Part shown: positions 26,101-40,078 of the stretch, piece after piece | How positions within the stretch are numbered: position 1 is the first letter of the stretch | Layout of the letters: each line of letters opens with the position of its first letter | Source: Paragordius varius | Taxonomy: Eukaryota; Animalia; Nematomorpha | NCBI GenBank assembly: GCA_964247055.1 | Contig: OZ176053.1 | Coordinates: forward strand, 10,044,001-10,108,000 | Direction: 5' to 3' | DNA length: 64,000 nt | Notes under the pieces: generated by a model | Seen by the model: the letters and a program-made list of their open reading frames with translations, nothing else | Databases searched by the model: none | Told to the model about the DNA's origin: nothing | Translations under genes and position numbers: made by a program

Positions 26101-28130
26101 AAACTTTTAAGTTTTATAATTATTTGTAAAGGCTAGGTATATATAAATTCGATGCAATGCTTATCTATAGGAATATACATAAGGTGTCAAATTTATGTCA
26201 AAATAAGTTTTTTTAACTTTGTAATTTTTCGATAGAAAAACTCACCAGCTTATAGAATTCCAAAAACTTAAGGGCACTTGCATAAAGAAAAACACAATTT
26301 TAAGAAGCCAGCTAAATTTTCGTTTTGAATTTTTTTTATTTAATTAGCATAGATAAAACTTAGAAAATCAGAAATAATATTAAAAGTAAAATTTTAAGCT
26401 GTCTCAATAAAGCTTGGACATTTATAAAGTGATGCTTCTAAAATGCAAAAATCAGAAATTTTCAATAATTAAAAGAAATATATAATTTTTTGTAATAATT
26501 TAAATAGAGTGAAAAAATTCTAAAGTAAAAATAAGCCTATAAATTATAAAACTAATTTTGTAATGTTAGTTCATTGCAAAAACACATATTTTTGTTGCAC
26601 ATCTTGAATTGAAAGGGGCACATGTTATTATAAAATAGTAAAAAGCTGGTGAAAAAAACTAAGTGAAAGCTAATGCTTTACTCAAATTTTTATTATTTTA
26701 AAACCCGCCATATACATTTTATGAAAAATGATATATTTTGATTTAATTAGAAAATCAGATTTTCTATATTTTATACATACTTTAATATGTCGAAGTTTAT
26801 TGAAATAAGTTTATAAAATATGTGTATAACTATTCTTAATTTATAAAGAAGATTTCTAAAGAGCTAAATGCCTAACATCAATTTTTAGTTTATATTCCAT
26901 AAATATGATCCCCAAATCTTTATTTGGATTCTGAATGTATATATATATATATATCCAGAAATAAAATTTAAAATGTTATTCCTAATATTCGCACATATTG
27001 ATGCCTATTCATATAATGTTTAGAATTTAAGGGTAACTCTTTTAGGTGTGTAATTTTTGCTAGAGTTGATAGTAAGCTTAAATTTGAGGGTCAAACACCA
27101 TGTAAAAGAAATAAATCCAAAAAAGCAAAAACAAAAAACAACTGATTTTATTAATATATTAACTTGCATTTAACGTTGCTTTAAAGCGCTTTTGTAGTTT
27201 GATGATAAATAGAAAAATATCCGGATAATAATTATTAGGTTAAATAATGATGATTGAGACAATTCGGGAAAAGGCAAAAAGACTTTTTGGAAAAATTTTT
27301 TATTGATATTATTATATATCAAGGTTAGATAGTATGAAATGGTCTATATATAGTCCCTGAAATTTTTTGCAATAAAAAATCAAGCCCATGGTGAAAAATA
27401 AAATTATCATTTGTCGACGTTTTAAAAAATTTTTATCCGTGGGTAACTAAAACTGTTTGATTTGGCATTTCCTGGAGCTAATCAATACCGAAGGACATTT
27501 AAAGTAATAATTGATTTCAGCCTTAAAAAACGGTCTAAAAGCGTGCAAAAGTTTCGATTTATCATGAAATGCAAAATCGGTTTATAACTTTGAATTTATA
27601 TTTTGAAAATCATAAAAAACACACTATTCAATTCGAAAGATTAAAAAAAATTCTCATATAATATGACTAATTAATATTATAATATTGGAATACAACCTAA
27701 TATTAAACCCATAAATACTATATTTTATAGTAATTAAAAACTTCATGCTGTGATTTTAAAATACGCCTGTAAAATAATGTATTTTTAAAATATTTTATTT
27801 TTGCAATGCCACATCACACTTGGAGATTTTTGGCCCTATAAAAATAAGTTACAGTAATTAAATAATATGTACACACTAAATCCATAAAGTAAGATAACCA
27901 TTTTTAATAATAGTTAAGGTTGCTTAATCCTTAAAATATTATATTATCCAACTAAACCTCTTAACGCAGATATGCCTATATAAATTCGTTTGGAAATCCA
28001 AATTTTACTTTTTATTTTTTTTCATTGTTTTTTCGTCCATCTATACCATTTTATATTATTCTCTGCATATTTCACCTGTGCGAAATTAAAAAATTTATCA
28101 AATCCGATCAAATTTTCCCGTTTTAACCTG

Positions 28131-31100
28131 ATGATTAATTATTATAAATTTACTCTAATACTCATCATCTTCTTTGTATATATTCGGAATGGCGATTTCA
28201 ATCCACAAATCGTATCAAAACAATTGATGGAATCGAAACCGAATGTAAGAGAACGGTTTTTGATAGGACGTCATAAACCACTTAGATTTCAAAGAGCTTA
28301 CTTAACCGATGCTCTAAATACATTCCCATTTTATTTTGATGACATGTATGACAAGCGGGGTTGGGACAAATTTAACTCTTGGGGTAAACGATCTTTCTAT
28401 GGCCATAATAGATTCCCCTACGATGAAGCCAAACGCGACAAATGGACAGCTTTTAACAGTTGGGGCAAAAGTATGCAAAACTAATCTTAATTTTGTTCAG
28501 AATCGTTTTTGAGTCAAATAATGTTTGACGAATAAACGGCTAAAATCACGCTTTGACCATAGGATATTATAAAAATATGTTAGAACTCTACAGTCACAGG
28601 AGACAGGGCGATGGCTTAACGAGGATTTGTGACGGCCCGATGCCTATTTCATTAGTCTCATAAAATCTTTTTTACAATTTTTATTAAAATTGGCTTCTAT
28701 TCCTGTGGTAATTTAAAAAATGTGTTTTTGAAAATGTTTATCTATTTTGGTAAGCTCTTGTATATTCAATATTAATATTGATAGGATCTATATTGATGAT
28801 TTAGTGCGATATTTTGGGTACGCTACCATTTAATTAATTGTTTTTTGTAACAATTTATGTAAGAAGTTTAATATTACATAACTTATTTCCGTTTTAAAAA
28901 ATAAGGTGGCCGATATCGCTTTATTTTTTATTACCATTTTTATTATGAAGCTAATTACCGACGATAACAGAGTAATTATTATGATTACGGAGTTATTAAA
29001 AAAGGTTTCTTACGTTTTCTAGGTATTACTGAAGATATATATTTTATTTCAGTGGTCAATTAGCAACGATTATAACATTTCTCATGGGAGACATAAACAT
29101 GGTTTTATGGCACATACCAAAACTATTTAAAAAGCAAGAAAATTTAATGTTGATTAGTGATAATTAGTTATTTGTCATCATAGATGACCTAGTGTTCCGT
29201 AATTTATGACTAAATTTTCTCCAGCTACACCATGTGCTATGATATGTGTTAAATAATTTATTAATTTTTCTATAATATCTATTAAAATTCACCGCTATAT
29301 ATTTATCAAATAACTTCAATATCGAAACAATAACGTAAAAATATATATTAAATTATGGATTAATAATAAAAGAGAAGTTTTTAAAAAATAAAAGAATGAT
29401 CAAGTTAGGCAAGCGTCTCCTAAGCGGGTTTATTAGCTAGCCCTTCTTTTTCTATAATAGTTATTATGAGATAAGACTAGTAAAAAAGATGTATGCCCTA
29501 AGAAGTCTCAAAGAATAATTATCGGTAAAGAGGAATAGAAATTAAAAGGCTTAACAAACAACTTTCATATCGAAACGATATTAAATGTAAAAAAATATAA
29601 TAATTTGTGGAGTCATTATGAAAGAAAAGATATTAATAAACAATAATTTCTTTGAACTCCTGATTTTGTGCGCAGTGTGTATTGACAAATTATTGGAACG
29701 AAAAATACTATGCGGTAAATTTGTAAATTTTTATTTTAAGAAATTAAAAATTGATATATCTGAAATCACTTATATGGCCCTAAATTTTGAGAATAAACCA
29801 GTATAAATGTATAGATATCATTATATTTTTATGATCCTGGATCAATGTTTATTTTCTAAGGCAGGTGTCCAATATACTTTGTTCGGTTCTCAAAAGTGCT
29901 CTAAAAAATGTTGATACAAAAAAGATTTAAATCAATTTACCACTATTTAGCAAATATATCATTTAAAATTGAGCTGAATATAGATTTAGAAAAACGAAAA
30001 TATATTAAAACAATATGCGAAGTCTGTGTTGGCTACATTTGTTATAAAGAATTTTTTGTTTTAAATACAACTTAATTTAGTAATTATCATAAAATTTCCC
30101 AAGAGCTATTTGGAATGATATGTAAAAATGTATGTAATTTATACCAATTTTATAATATAAATTAAATGGTTATTTTGGCTCATTACAAAAATTTTGAATT
30201 AAAAAAACCCTCTCAAACTATTGCGAATAACAAATTGACTCATCTCAAACCTTAACCACCAAAAATTTCCAATCTTATCATTATTTTGTTGCAGGTAAAT
30301 ATAATTAATTTAATTTTTTTAAAAATCTGATTTGTCAATATTTTAAAAGCTATCGAAATTTGATAGTTTGAAAATTGACAAGATTCTAAATATTAACCTG
30401 TTTAATGTATGAATATTCACAAAAATTTAATATGTAATGAAGTACTAGGTTTTATAAAAGACTCTCTATATTTTATCAATAGCGTTAATTTTTGGATTTC
30501 CTTAGCTGACTTTAGATTAAATCTTTAACTTAAATCCAATAACAAATATAACTAAGCATTATATATATGCCCCTTAATGTAAAAACGTAAAATATGCGTC
30601 TTTACCAAATTAATGATATTTAAATAGTCTAAAAGAATAATGTCCAAAAACTAGAGAAGACGTAAGAAAATTATACGTCTATTATAAAAAATCTTCAATT
30701 TTACTACGGGGTTTTCATAAACTATAAAATGTAAATAATTTATGAAGGGACTTATCTATGATCCCAGTTATTAGAGGTCGATCACTTTTGATTAGCCTTT
30801 TTAATTTTGTGAGTCGCTTTTTTATACAATCTTTTATTGGATAGGATATTATGATGATTTGATTAGTGATTATGCTGATAGATACCAAAAAAAAGCTTGG
30901 AGCAGTTTAAATTCCTGGGGAAAGCGAAAAGGTAATAATATATATGTATATAATTCCCCAGAAAAAACATCCCAGTCAATCGAAACAATTATCCCAATCA
31001 AACGAAACGTTTTCCCCCAATACAACAATTTCGCAGTTAATCAAAACGTTTCCATTCGAAAAAAACATTTTTCCAATCAAAAAAAAACAATTTATCATTC

Positions 31101-32655
31101 GATAAAAATTTTCTTAAACAATAAAAACGGTATCAATACAAGATATAAAATTAACTTTAATCATCATGAGAATACATACCAATGAAAGGGATATTATATT
31201 TTTAACAGCACATTACTCACTGCTTTCATTGTTTTTAACTCCAATATCGCAATCAGCCTAATATTATATTTTATTATATGTAATCCATTTACAGCTGGGA
31301 ACCAACCTCAAATATTTCATGTCCATTCACCTTTTCGAATTCCCTCAAATATAATTGGATGTTTCTAAGTTGAGTTAACTAAACTCTTGATATTAAATTT
31401 ATTTTTGGTATAGGTTATAAATTTTTCTTAACATGTAAATTTTATATTTTGTTTTAATATATAATGGTTAAAAAATTTTTTTTTATAAATAAAACACTTC
31501 CATAGAGGGAACATGTTGATAATTTATGCCAAAAATAAATCTTAATCGCAAGTATAATTTTACTTAGCTCAAATATGCCCATATTATTTAGAGTGAATTT
31601 GAAAGATAAGCGGAAATGCTTAGGATTGGATATGTATAATTTCATGACATTAGATTTAATGATTGCGCAATATTGAAATTTTATATAATGAAAAAATGCA
31701 GTAAAAAATTTTGCTGTATAATGCTTTTTGGTATGTTCAATATATTAAATTTGTTTTTATATCTAGATTCAAAAATAAAACCAACTGGGAAAATGTTTTT
31801 GTTAAATGGGAAAACGTTTCAATTGTTTAACACTTGGATCAACACATTCAATTTAGTCCTTCAATTCAGATGGGGTATTTAAATACCCCAGGCCTGTTTA
31901 AAATATTCTTTAAAAAATATGGAAGTAATCGAAACCATGGCATTGCACTTATATAACATTAATAAACCGAAATATATAAAAAGTTTTATTCAAAAATACT
32001 TGATATTACTTCTTTTAAGCTAAAACCGAAAGGTAAAAATTTAGTCAACGAGACTTGTGTGCAATGGTAAAATTGAATAACATCATAAAATAAACCGCTA
32101 TTTCTATTTCTATCAATGTTAGATGAAATTTAAATAAAAAATTAGCTTTAATTTTACCTTAAAATTAAATGAAGACGATATTTTGCAAAAATTTTGTAAA
32201 AAAATGGCGTCGAAATAGATGGACATGGAACATTTTTTTAAAACAAATTATTATTTAGATATTTTGGCATAATAATATAATTATTATTAGGATAGAAGAA
32301 TAAATTTAATTGGGAATTTAAAATACTAACTTAAATTTAGTCTGGAGTATTTAGATACCCCAATTTGAATCGAAGTGGTAAGAAAATGTTTATTTTGACG
32401 GGGATATTGTTTTCTCACTGGGAAAGTGTTTCGATTGACCTTGGAAAATATTTTTTAGACTGGAAATTGGGATAACATATATTATTATAGCAAAAACTGG
32501 CAATCAAATTTAAATATATATTAAAAGGATTTAGAACCTTTGCATCAAATATATAATTAAAATTAATTTTCGATATATTAGATTTTGAAGATGATGAAGT
32601 GGCTGATAAAAGACAAGACCGTTGGAGAGAATTTCATTCTTGGGGGAAAAAATAA
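28131..32655 (+). CDS. Myoinhibitory peptide / allatostatin-B / WWamide neuropeptide precursor
   Basis: Exons 28131-28470 (signal peptide MINYYKFTLILIIFFVYIRNG; KR-GWDKFNSW-GKR; KR-DKWTAFNSW-GK), 30845-30931 (KK-AWSSLNSW-GKR), 32582-32655 (KR-QDRWREFHSW-GKK*). Both introns are phase-1 GT-AG. Dibasic convertase sites and Gly amide donors flank each peptide. Confidence 0.92.
31827..32381 (+). mobile_element. piggyBac-like MITE, copy 3
   Basis: TTAA-CACTTGGATC...GAATCGAAGTG-GTAA; in intron 2 of the neuropeptide gene. Confidence 0.85.
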
Positions 32656-35514
32656 TTAAACTTCCACAAAATTATTTTCAAGTCATCATATATTCAATAT
32701 TTTAATTTATATCGATTGTTCGACAGGAACTTTCAAAATTAAATTTGGCTTTAATAAATACAATTTGTGGTTCTGTACTAAATGAATACAATTCATAAGA
32801 TCGATGTTATTAAATTCCATTATTAAATTATTTATTATTATTTAACAAAAAAAATATTTTTTAATCTGTTTCAAAGGTATAATCATTAACGTATTCAGCT
32901 AGAAAACCTCGCTTTAAGATTTCAAGAATCGGCACCTATGAATGTATTTTTATGTGACTTGTAAGGCCCAAAAGACCTATGGGAACCCTAATACAGTATT
33001 CTAACAAAAAATATATATTTCATCAGAATATTCTTGTACTTAATGTGTTTATAGTGGATACCAATTAGGTTAATAAAAAATATCAATATTATAAAAATTA
33101 AAAAATTATTTCAAAAATTAAAAAAAAAATTGGTGGGCAAATTTGTGTCAGGAAATTTTTGAATTTTATATTTTTATACACATTTAAAGCCATAGAATAA
33201 ATCAAAAATTGAACTCAATACATATTTTTTTATTTTTTTAATATTAAAAATAAAAATTAGTCATTAAAAACCCTATTTTACAGAGGTGGGGAAAACCGGG
33301 GCTATTCACAAAAATGATTTTTGGCTCAGCTGATTTATATAATTGAAATAATTTTCTATTGCATTTCAATGAGGTTATTTTCCAAAATAGACAAGATTCT
33401 TTGATTAGAAGCGCATTTGACAGGAAGTTTACTCAGCTAATTTTAAAAAGCGTTCTACTCCAGTCTTTATTTCATAAGACAAATACTTAAACCATTAATT
33501 AGTTCATAATATTATTATTTTTTCAAAAAAGGGTTTATGGAATTATTTCTGGCACTTGTTTATTTTAAATCGATTATGGGGAGGCCAAACACAGAGGTCC
33601 ATTTTAAAAAGTGGCTCGATTATGTTCAGCCTATTCAATAATTTAGAAAACGTTCTTTTATTTTTCTCCGTTTTCTAGAAATGCCTCAAAGACAGAATTT
33701 TTTGGGATTTTATATTTTACAAAAACCCTTATTTTCACACGCGATAGGGGGTGGGGGAAATATAGGGTAATAGGAAAAAGTGTAAGTAAAGGATGTAGAG
33801 TCCTAATCAGGATATTCAGTTCCCGCCCGTTAACCATTAGAATTCTAGGGTGAGGAAATGCATTCAGAGTTTAGGTTTGATTTTAGTCTCTCCAAACATA
33901 TGTAAAAGCCAATATGTTAGGTGTATTGTAAACTAGTGAGGTGAATATTTTTATAAAATTAATGTTAAATCTGCCGTTTTGGCTATAAAAGAAAAAAGCT
34001 TTTTTTGTTGATTTTCTGGAGCCTAAAGTTTTAAATGATTGCCAGAAGGCTATGTTGGGAAGAAGCGCAATAAAAAATGAGCAAAAAATATCATTTATTG
34101 TATTTGAATGGGTTGCTTAAAAGCTAATTACATTTTTACAAATATATTATTTACCAGAAAAAAAGCCACTTCTCATAAAGAAAATTTGTTTGTTGTTAAT
34201 ATCGAAATTATAATTACTCATAGTGGGCCAGGTTTTAAAATATAGGTTTTTGGATTCAAATTTTTAGATAGCGTTGGTGATATTATAAACCGGATAAATG
34301 GAGGAATACCATAAAAGAATTGATTGCAAAATGCCAATGAATTTAGAGGTGTTATCAGCTTTTAAATATATCATTTTGATTGTACGCTAAATATTTTTTA
34401 CTTATAAAATCATGTGTCATGTCATGCGTAATGAAACTATGATGGCTCAAATAAAACTAAAACATTCAAAAAAATATATGAATAAAAATAATGTCCCTAA
34501 CTATCTTTCTATGTGATTTTCATTCGTTTAGTGCATTCCTGTCAATAATAGTCCTTATTAATAAGAACGGCCATATGTTTTTTCCAAATGATCTACATCG
34601 GAGTAATATTTTCCATATGGTGGAGTTAAATCTAGAATCGGCTCAACCATGACGGGCTCATTTATTAATGAACTCGTAAAAGTAATAAACATGGTCCCAT
34701 GAGCTTTTGGAACACTGTTGCAATTGCGTGGTTTTTATCAGAAAATATATTACATATTTTAAATAAAATATGGTGGCGAAAAAAAATTTTAGAATAAATT
34801 CTGAGATGATAGGTATTCTTCGGCATCTCATGTTAAAAAGTATTTCTGTAGTATTTTATGGTGATTTTTTCCCTTTTTGATATGTGCGAAATCGCTCAAA
34901 TTTTTTAAATATAAATTCTGCAAATAACTCAATTTTAATTTAAAAATTTATGTATTACATAGAGATTCAACTATATTTAAATTTTTTATACGTTGCAACA
35001 ATCATTTTTGCTCTGAAATCGTAAATTAAATATAATTTTGCTCTTTAGACGCATTGGTGAGTTTGAGTATCTGAAATAATAGGTAAATTTATTTTTTCTG
35101 GCTTTAAGTGTCTCGTGTTATGTCACAAGTTCTGGCCGCTAAAAATCAAATTGACCATAAGTCACTAACAACAAAAGGCCCTTGATTCAAAGATTAGCCT
35201 AAACAATCTTCAACTTTAACCTTCTTTGAGGCTTTCTCCCATTACCGCTGATGTAATTCCATCTTTTTGAAAAATACATAATTTTAAACTCAATGTATAA
35301 AAAGGGAAACATATATTTATTAGTGGAAAATTTGAATGCTTTTCTTTTTTAATAATCAATGTTTTATATCCATAAACCCGACTCTTCATAAAAAATATGT
35401 TTATCTATACATAATTTATAATATACTATATGAAGAAAAGTAAACAAGAGATACTATTAAATTATATAATACATGATGTATATAAAATGTATCAGTTAAA
35501 ATTTGCTATTCAAA

Positions 35515-36243
35515 TCAATAATTTATATTCATTAAGTCGTTCAATTCTTGTTCAGTAAGAGCATATGTTTTGTTACACGATAAGAACTCATTATCAGAAC
35601 TTAAGTAAATGGCTTTGCATTGACCATTGCAGAGATAAGGAGAACACATAATAATATGAGAATTGGCCCAATTTTCGGCAGTTTGTTTGACTTTATGGAA
35701 ATCATTGCACGTTGTAATAGTACAAGGTCGACATGAATAAGTTATCTCTAATTCGGTAGGTGATGAATTATCCTCTGAACAAGCCAATTGGGCATTTTCT
35801 ACAATCTAGAATGAATTAAATTTTGTTTTACAGATAGGTAAATTTATCACGTAATAATCATTAAGAGAATTGGTAAATAGTATCTACCTTAGGCTTGATT
35901 GCTCCTTTATGCCGGGGGTACACAGTCTTAAATTCTAAATTTTCTTCATTGTATTTGGAGATTATCCATGATTTATTATACAATATCTACATTTATGAAC
36001 GAATGAATAAAAATATAGATTTAAATCTTTCATTAAAGATATAACTGATTCTTGCGTTAATTAAAATCGAAAAACTCCTTCCAAAGTAAAAAATTTTAAG
36101 AAATTTATTAATTGTTTAAAAACCAATTCGGTTATACCACCAAAAAATCATTGAAAAAATTAAAAAAATAAAAAATAGTCTACCAATAACAACCCGATAA
36201 GATAAATGAAGAATATTATATACATTCGACGATGTGGTTTCAT
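35515..36243 (-). CDS. Unrecognised Cys-rich protein with N-terminal signal anchor/peptide (3 exons; may continue further)
   Basis: Phase-0 GT-AG exons 36243-36184 (MKPHRRMYIIFFIYLIGLLL), 35986-35888 (ILYNKSWIISKYNEENLEFKTVYPRHKGAIKPK), 35805-35515 (IVENAQLACSED...SCRPCTITTC...CSPYLCNGQCK...SCNK...NY*). Together they give a 149-aa product with 8 Cys. No family recognised. Confidence 0.55.
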
Positions 36244-38184
36244 GGCTAACTTTATATGATTTGTAAAAACGATTTTGATGATAACCTTAATATTTAATTT
36301 AGCGAAATATTAAGAAATGTTATGATCTTTTATATTATATACAATTTTTTATAACCAACATAATTTTGGTAAATAAATATATTTATTTATTCAATAAATC
36401 AATATTAAGTAAAGTTTATTTAAGGGCAGCGTATTTACGCCAAACATTATAGGGGTGATTGAAAACAGGTATGTTTGTTTTATCAAAACATATCTGGTAA
36501 AAAATAATCGTGTGGGTCAAAGATGATAGTCAATATTTAATTTACAGATGTGGGCCACAAAATATTTAATGTTACAGATAGGAAATATTTAGTAAAATGT
36601 GTGGGGTAACAAGAATAAACAAAGTTAAGTGTAAATTTTGAGGAGGTAAAACCGATAGCCGTAAGAATAACAAAAATAAACGATATTTGTTTAACAATAG
36701 AGAGTCAAATAATTGAAGGGAAAACAGGGACTGAAGCGCACTAAAACGAGATCGATGGACACAATAAAGCTAGATAATTACAAGATTAAAGCTATAGATA
36801 GAGTTCTATGGCAAGACAGCTAGTTGTCTCACATGATCGCTCCCACAAGTGAAAACATGCAATGTAACATTAATAGCACATTTAGCTTTCATAACCCAAA
36901 AACCAGGGATCATGCTTCATTGAAGAGTAAAATTCAAAAACTCAGTTTTGCAGTCAAGTTACTTTGAAAGAATTTCCAACTTTAATTTCTGAATATTGGC
37001 TAAAAAGTTGAAATTAGATTATATTAATAAATAAAGATAATATGCTGAAGTAGCTTTAATTTATATTTTGTGTTAAGTTAAGTTATTTGTCACCAAGCTA
37101 TTTCTTTAATTAAATATTAAAAAAATTAAATTAATAAAAAGGGAGCAAATTGAAAAAACATCTATTACCAGGTTTCAAATTGACTTTAAAATGAAAACGT
37201 AATGAAACAATCTTTCTCGTTCTTGCTATTTGAGACTTATTCGGAAAAAATAGTAAATATTTCAATTTAACAAAGATTTTGTGAACATGTTTTTAGATTC
37301 CAAATTTTTCACGGGTGAGAAAGTCTCGGAGGGCCGCGTGTTGGCCACCTCTGATGTAAATTTCTAATTTCATAACTTTTTGCCATTTTTTCTATTCCCT
37401 AAGATCAATTATTGTTTGAAGGTTGGAAAGGGCACTTGACAAAAGATAAATGATTGTATTTTTTATAAATTGAGTATGTATGTTTATTTTAAAAATCCAA
37501 GCATTGACAATTAAAATGTAATCCCTCCCTATTGGTTTTATTTGTACATATTGTGCAGCCCTTAACATATAACATTTCATTTCTTCTTCTAATTCATTAT
37601 TTATACCCAACTAATTTTGTTTTTAAATTTAAGATAATGAAAATTTCCCAAAAGATTTGATTTTCGAATTGTGTAACCCGGAACAAAATCCAGTTTCAAA
37701 AAAATTCAGTGCATTAATTATTACTGAATTCGATCATAGCTACGAATTTCCCGGGAAACATGCCCTACAAATACAATTGAGTGACAATGGGGCTAATTTT
37801 AAAAGCCCTTCAATCATATCTTTTATTAATATTTTTAATTTGAAGGCCAGTTTTTTTGTAAAGAACTGTTGTTTTATAATTGGGCCGGACACGGGATAAT
37901 CTAAATATTTATAAAAATAGAAAATGCTGGCATTGAGATCTGTTTTCGGATAACTGGTAGACCCATTCAAATCCAAACAACGAAAAAATATAATCATTAA
38001 TGAATGCCCCGACAAAAGCTTTGCCTCTTTTTTGAATTAGGCCCCTCATTCGGGCCCACCCCGTGCGTTTTTTTTGAAAAAGAAGTCCAAAAAATAGTGT
38101 CTTCGAGACAATTTTTACGAGTTGACCATTCGATTTCAAATTTAATTTTTTTTACTTTTTTTCGATTGCGCCGAACATAGTTGG

Positions 38185-40078
38185 CTCGCGTTTTTAATTT
38201 AGCCTTCTGCTAACCCGCTTCCCCCGTAAATAATTTTTTGAATCTATTTTTTGCCCAAGGTATGAGACCGTAAATATTCAATGAGGATTTTAGGTATTCC
38301 CTGTTAAAAGGCAAAAATTTTAGTCGGGTGTTTTTTATATATTGGCTGCTGAGTAAGGAGATACCCGCTAAAAACTGCCCCGTCATATCGAAATAGCGTG
38401 CCTTTGGGGCTAAATTTCAGAAAACCTATCAGAAGTTCAATAGGTGCTTAAAATATTACCCATAACAAGGCAAAAATTTAAGTCATGCGATTTTTTAAAA
38501 TTTGCCGTTAGTTAGGGCCTACATCCTGAAAAATGGGCCATCATAGAATGATTTTTCAGTTTTGAGGCGATTCCAAAAACAAATGGGAGCATATGGAATC
38601 AATTATGATTCCAGGTCTCCGTTGAAAGGCAAAATAATCAAGCGCTCGCATTCTTTTGTATCAGCTTCTGGAGGGAGTTACCCGCCTAAAACTGCCCCAC
38701 TATATCGAAATTGCGTTGTTTAGGAGTTATTCTTCAGAAAATTTATCAGGCCATATAAGTTAAATAAGGGTTATGAATATTACCCTTAAAAAGGCAAAAA
38801 TTTAAGTTCTTTTTAAATTAGCCTTTAATTAGGCCCTTTACGCCCTAAAAAAGGCGCTATCATTGAACTACCAAAAACTACTAAGAAAATATGGAATGAA
38901 TGATGATTCCTGGTATTCCCCTTAAAAGGCAATAATTTTTATCGAACGCCTTTTTTATATAGGCCTCTGTGTAGGGGGATACCCGCCTACAACTGCTCCA
39001 CCATATTAAAATTAGGAGTTAATTTTCAGAAATCAGGCCAAATAAGTTATATAAGGGCCTGAAAAAAAAGGCAAAAATTTAAGTCGAACGAATTTTTTTA
39101 ATTAGCGGTTAAATAGACCCTTGCCCTGAAAAAATGCGCCACCATAGAATAACTTTTTGGGTCTGAGGCATTATTTCGAAAATTTCACGATATGAAATCA
39201 ATCCTAATTCCAGGTATTACCCGAATTAAGGCAAAAATTTTAATCGAGCCTTTTTTAGCTTGCCCCTGGTTAGGGAGTTACCTACGTAAAACTGCGTCAC
39301 CATAAGGATACAGCCTGCCTTTGGAGCCAAATTTCAGAAAACCTATGAGACTGTGTGAGTTCAATAAGGCCTAAATTATTTATTACTCCTTAAAAAACAA
39401 ATTTTAGTATAGGGGGTTATTTTAATGACGCTAAGTAAGGTTTTACGCCCTGTATAATGGGCCGCCATAGAACATTTTTTAGTTTTGAAGGAATATTTCC
39501 ATGATCTTATAGAATAAGGAATCCATGATAATTCCAGATATTCCCCATATAAAGGCAAAAATTTTGCCAAGCGCTTTTTTATACCTGCGCCTGGGTAAGG
39601 AGCTACCCGCTAGAAACTGCGCCACTATATAGAAATTGTGTTGTGTTTGAGCCAATTTAAGGGAAAATTTATGATGCCATATAAGCTGATTAAAACTTGA
39701 ATATTACCCGTAACTAGGTAAAAAATAATTCAGGCGTTTTTTTATTAGCCGTTAATTTGGGGCCTTTATGCCCAAAAAATACGCTATCATATAACGATTT
39801 AATGTTGAGGTATTTTTTCGAATAACCCATGAGACGCTGGTATTAAAGTGATTCCATATTTGCCCTATAAAGGCAAGAATTTAACTCGGCGCTTTTTCCA
39901 TATATGTCTATGGGTAGGGATCTACCGGTTTAAAACTGAGACGCATATAAAAATGGAGTGGTTTTGGAGCTAATTCTCAAAATTGAAGAAGCCATACGAG
40001 TTCAATAATGGCCCATAAAAATAAAAATTATAGTATAGCGGTTTTTTCTGTTAGCCATCAATTTGGGGCTTTACACTA
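38185..40078. repeat. Diverged tandem array, ~300-325-bp unit (about 6 units), each a dimer of ~155-bp subunits
   Basis: Unit starts (ggtattccc..aaaggcaaaaattt) at ~38293, 38614, 38912, 39213, 39537, 39857. Each unit has a second aatattaccc..aaggcaaaaattt block midway and one tacccgc-aaaactgc block. Confidence 0.85.

Noticed and set aside
34560-35400. Non-standard genetic code (TAA read-through) suggested by stop-interrupted frames
   Set aside because: All well-supported genes here translate cleanly in the standard code and end in TAA.
36640-36960. hAT transposase dimerisation-domain relic (LAVL-AIE with frameshift)
   Set aside because: Only a few residues match and the diagnostic ERxFS motif is absent.
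38185-40078. Array as a CRISPR locus or coding repeat
   Set aside because: Whole ~310-bp units are homologous with no unique spacers, the context is eukaryotic, there are no cas genes, and no sustained ORF.
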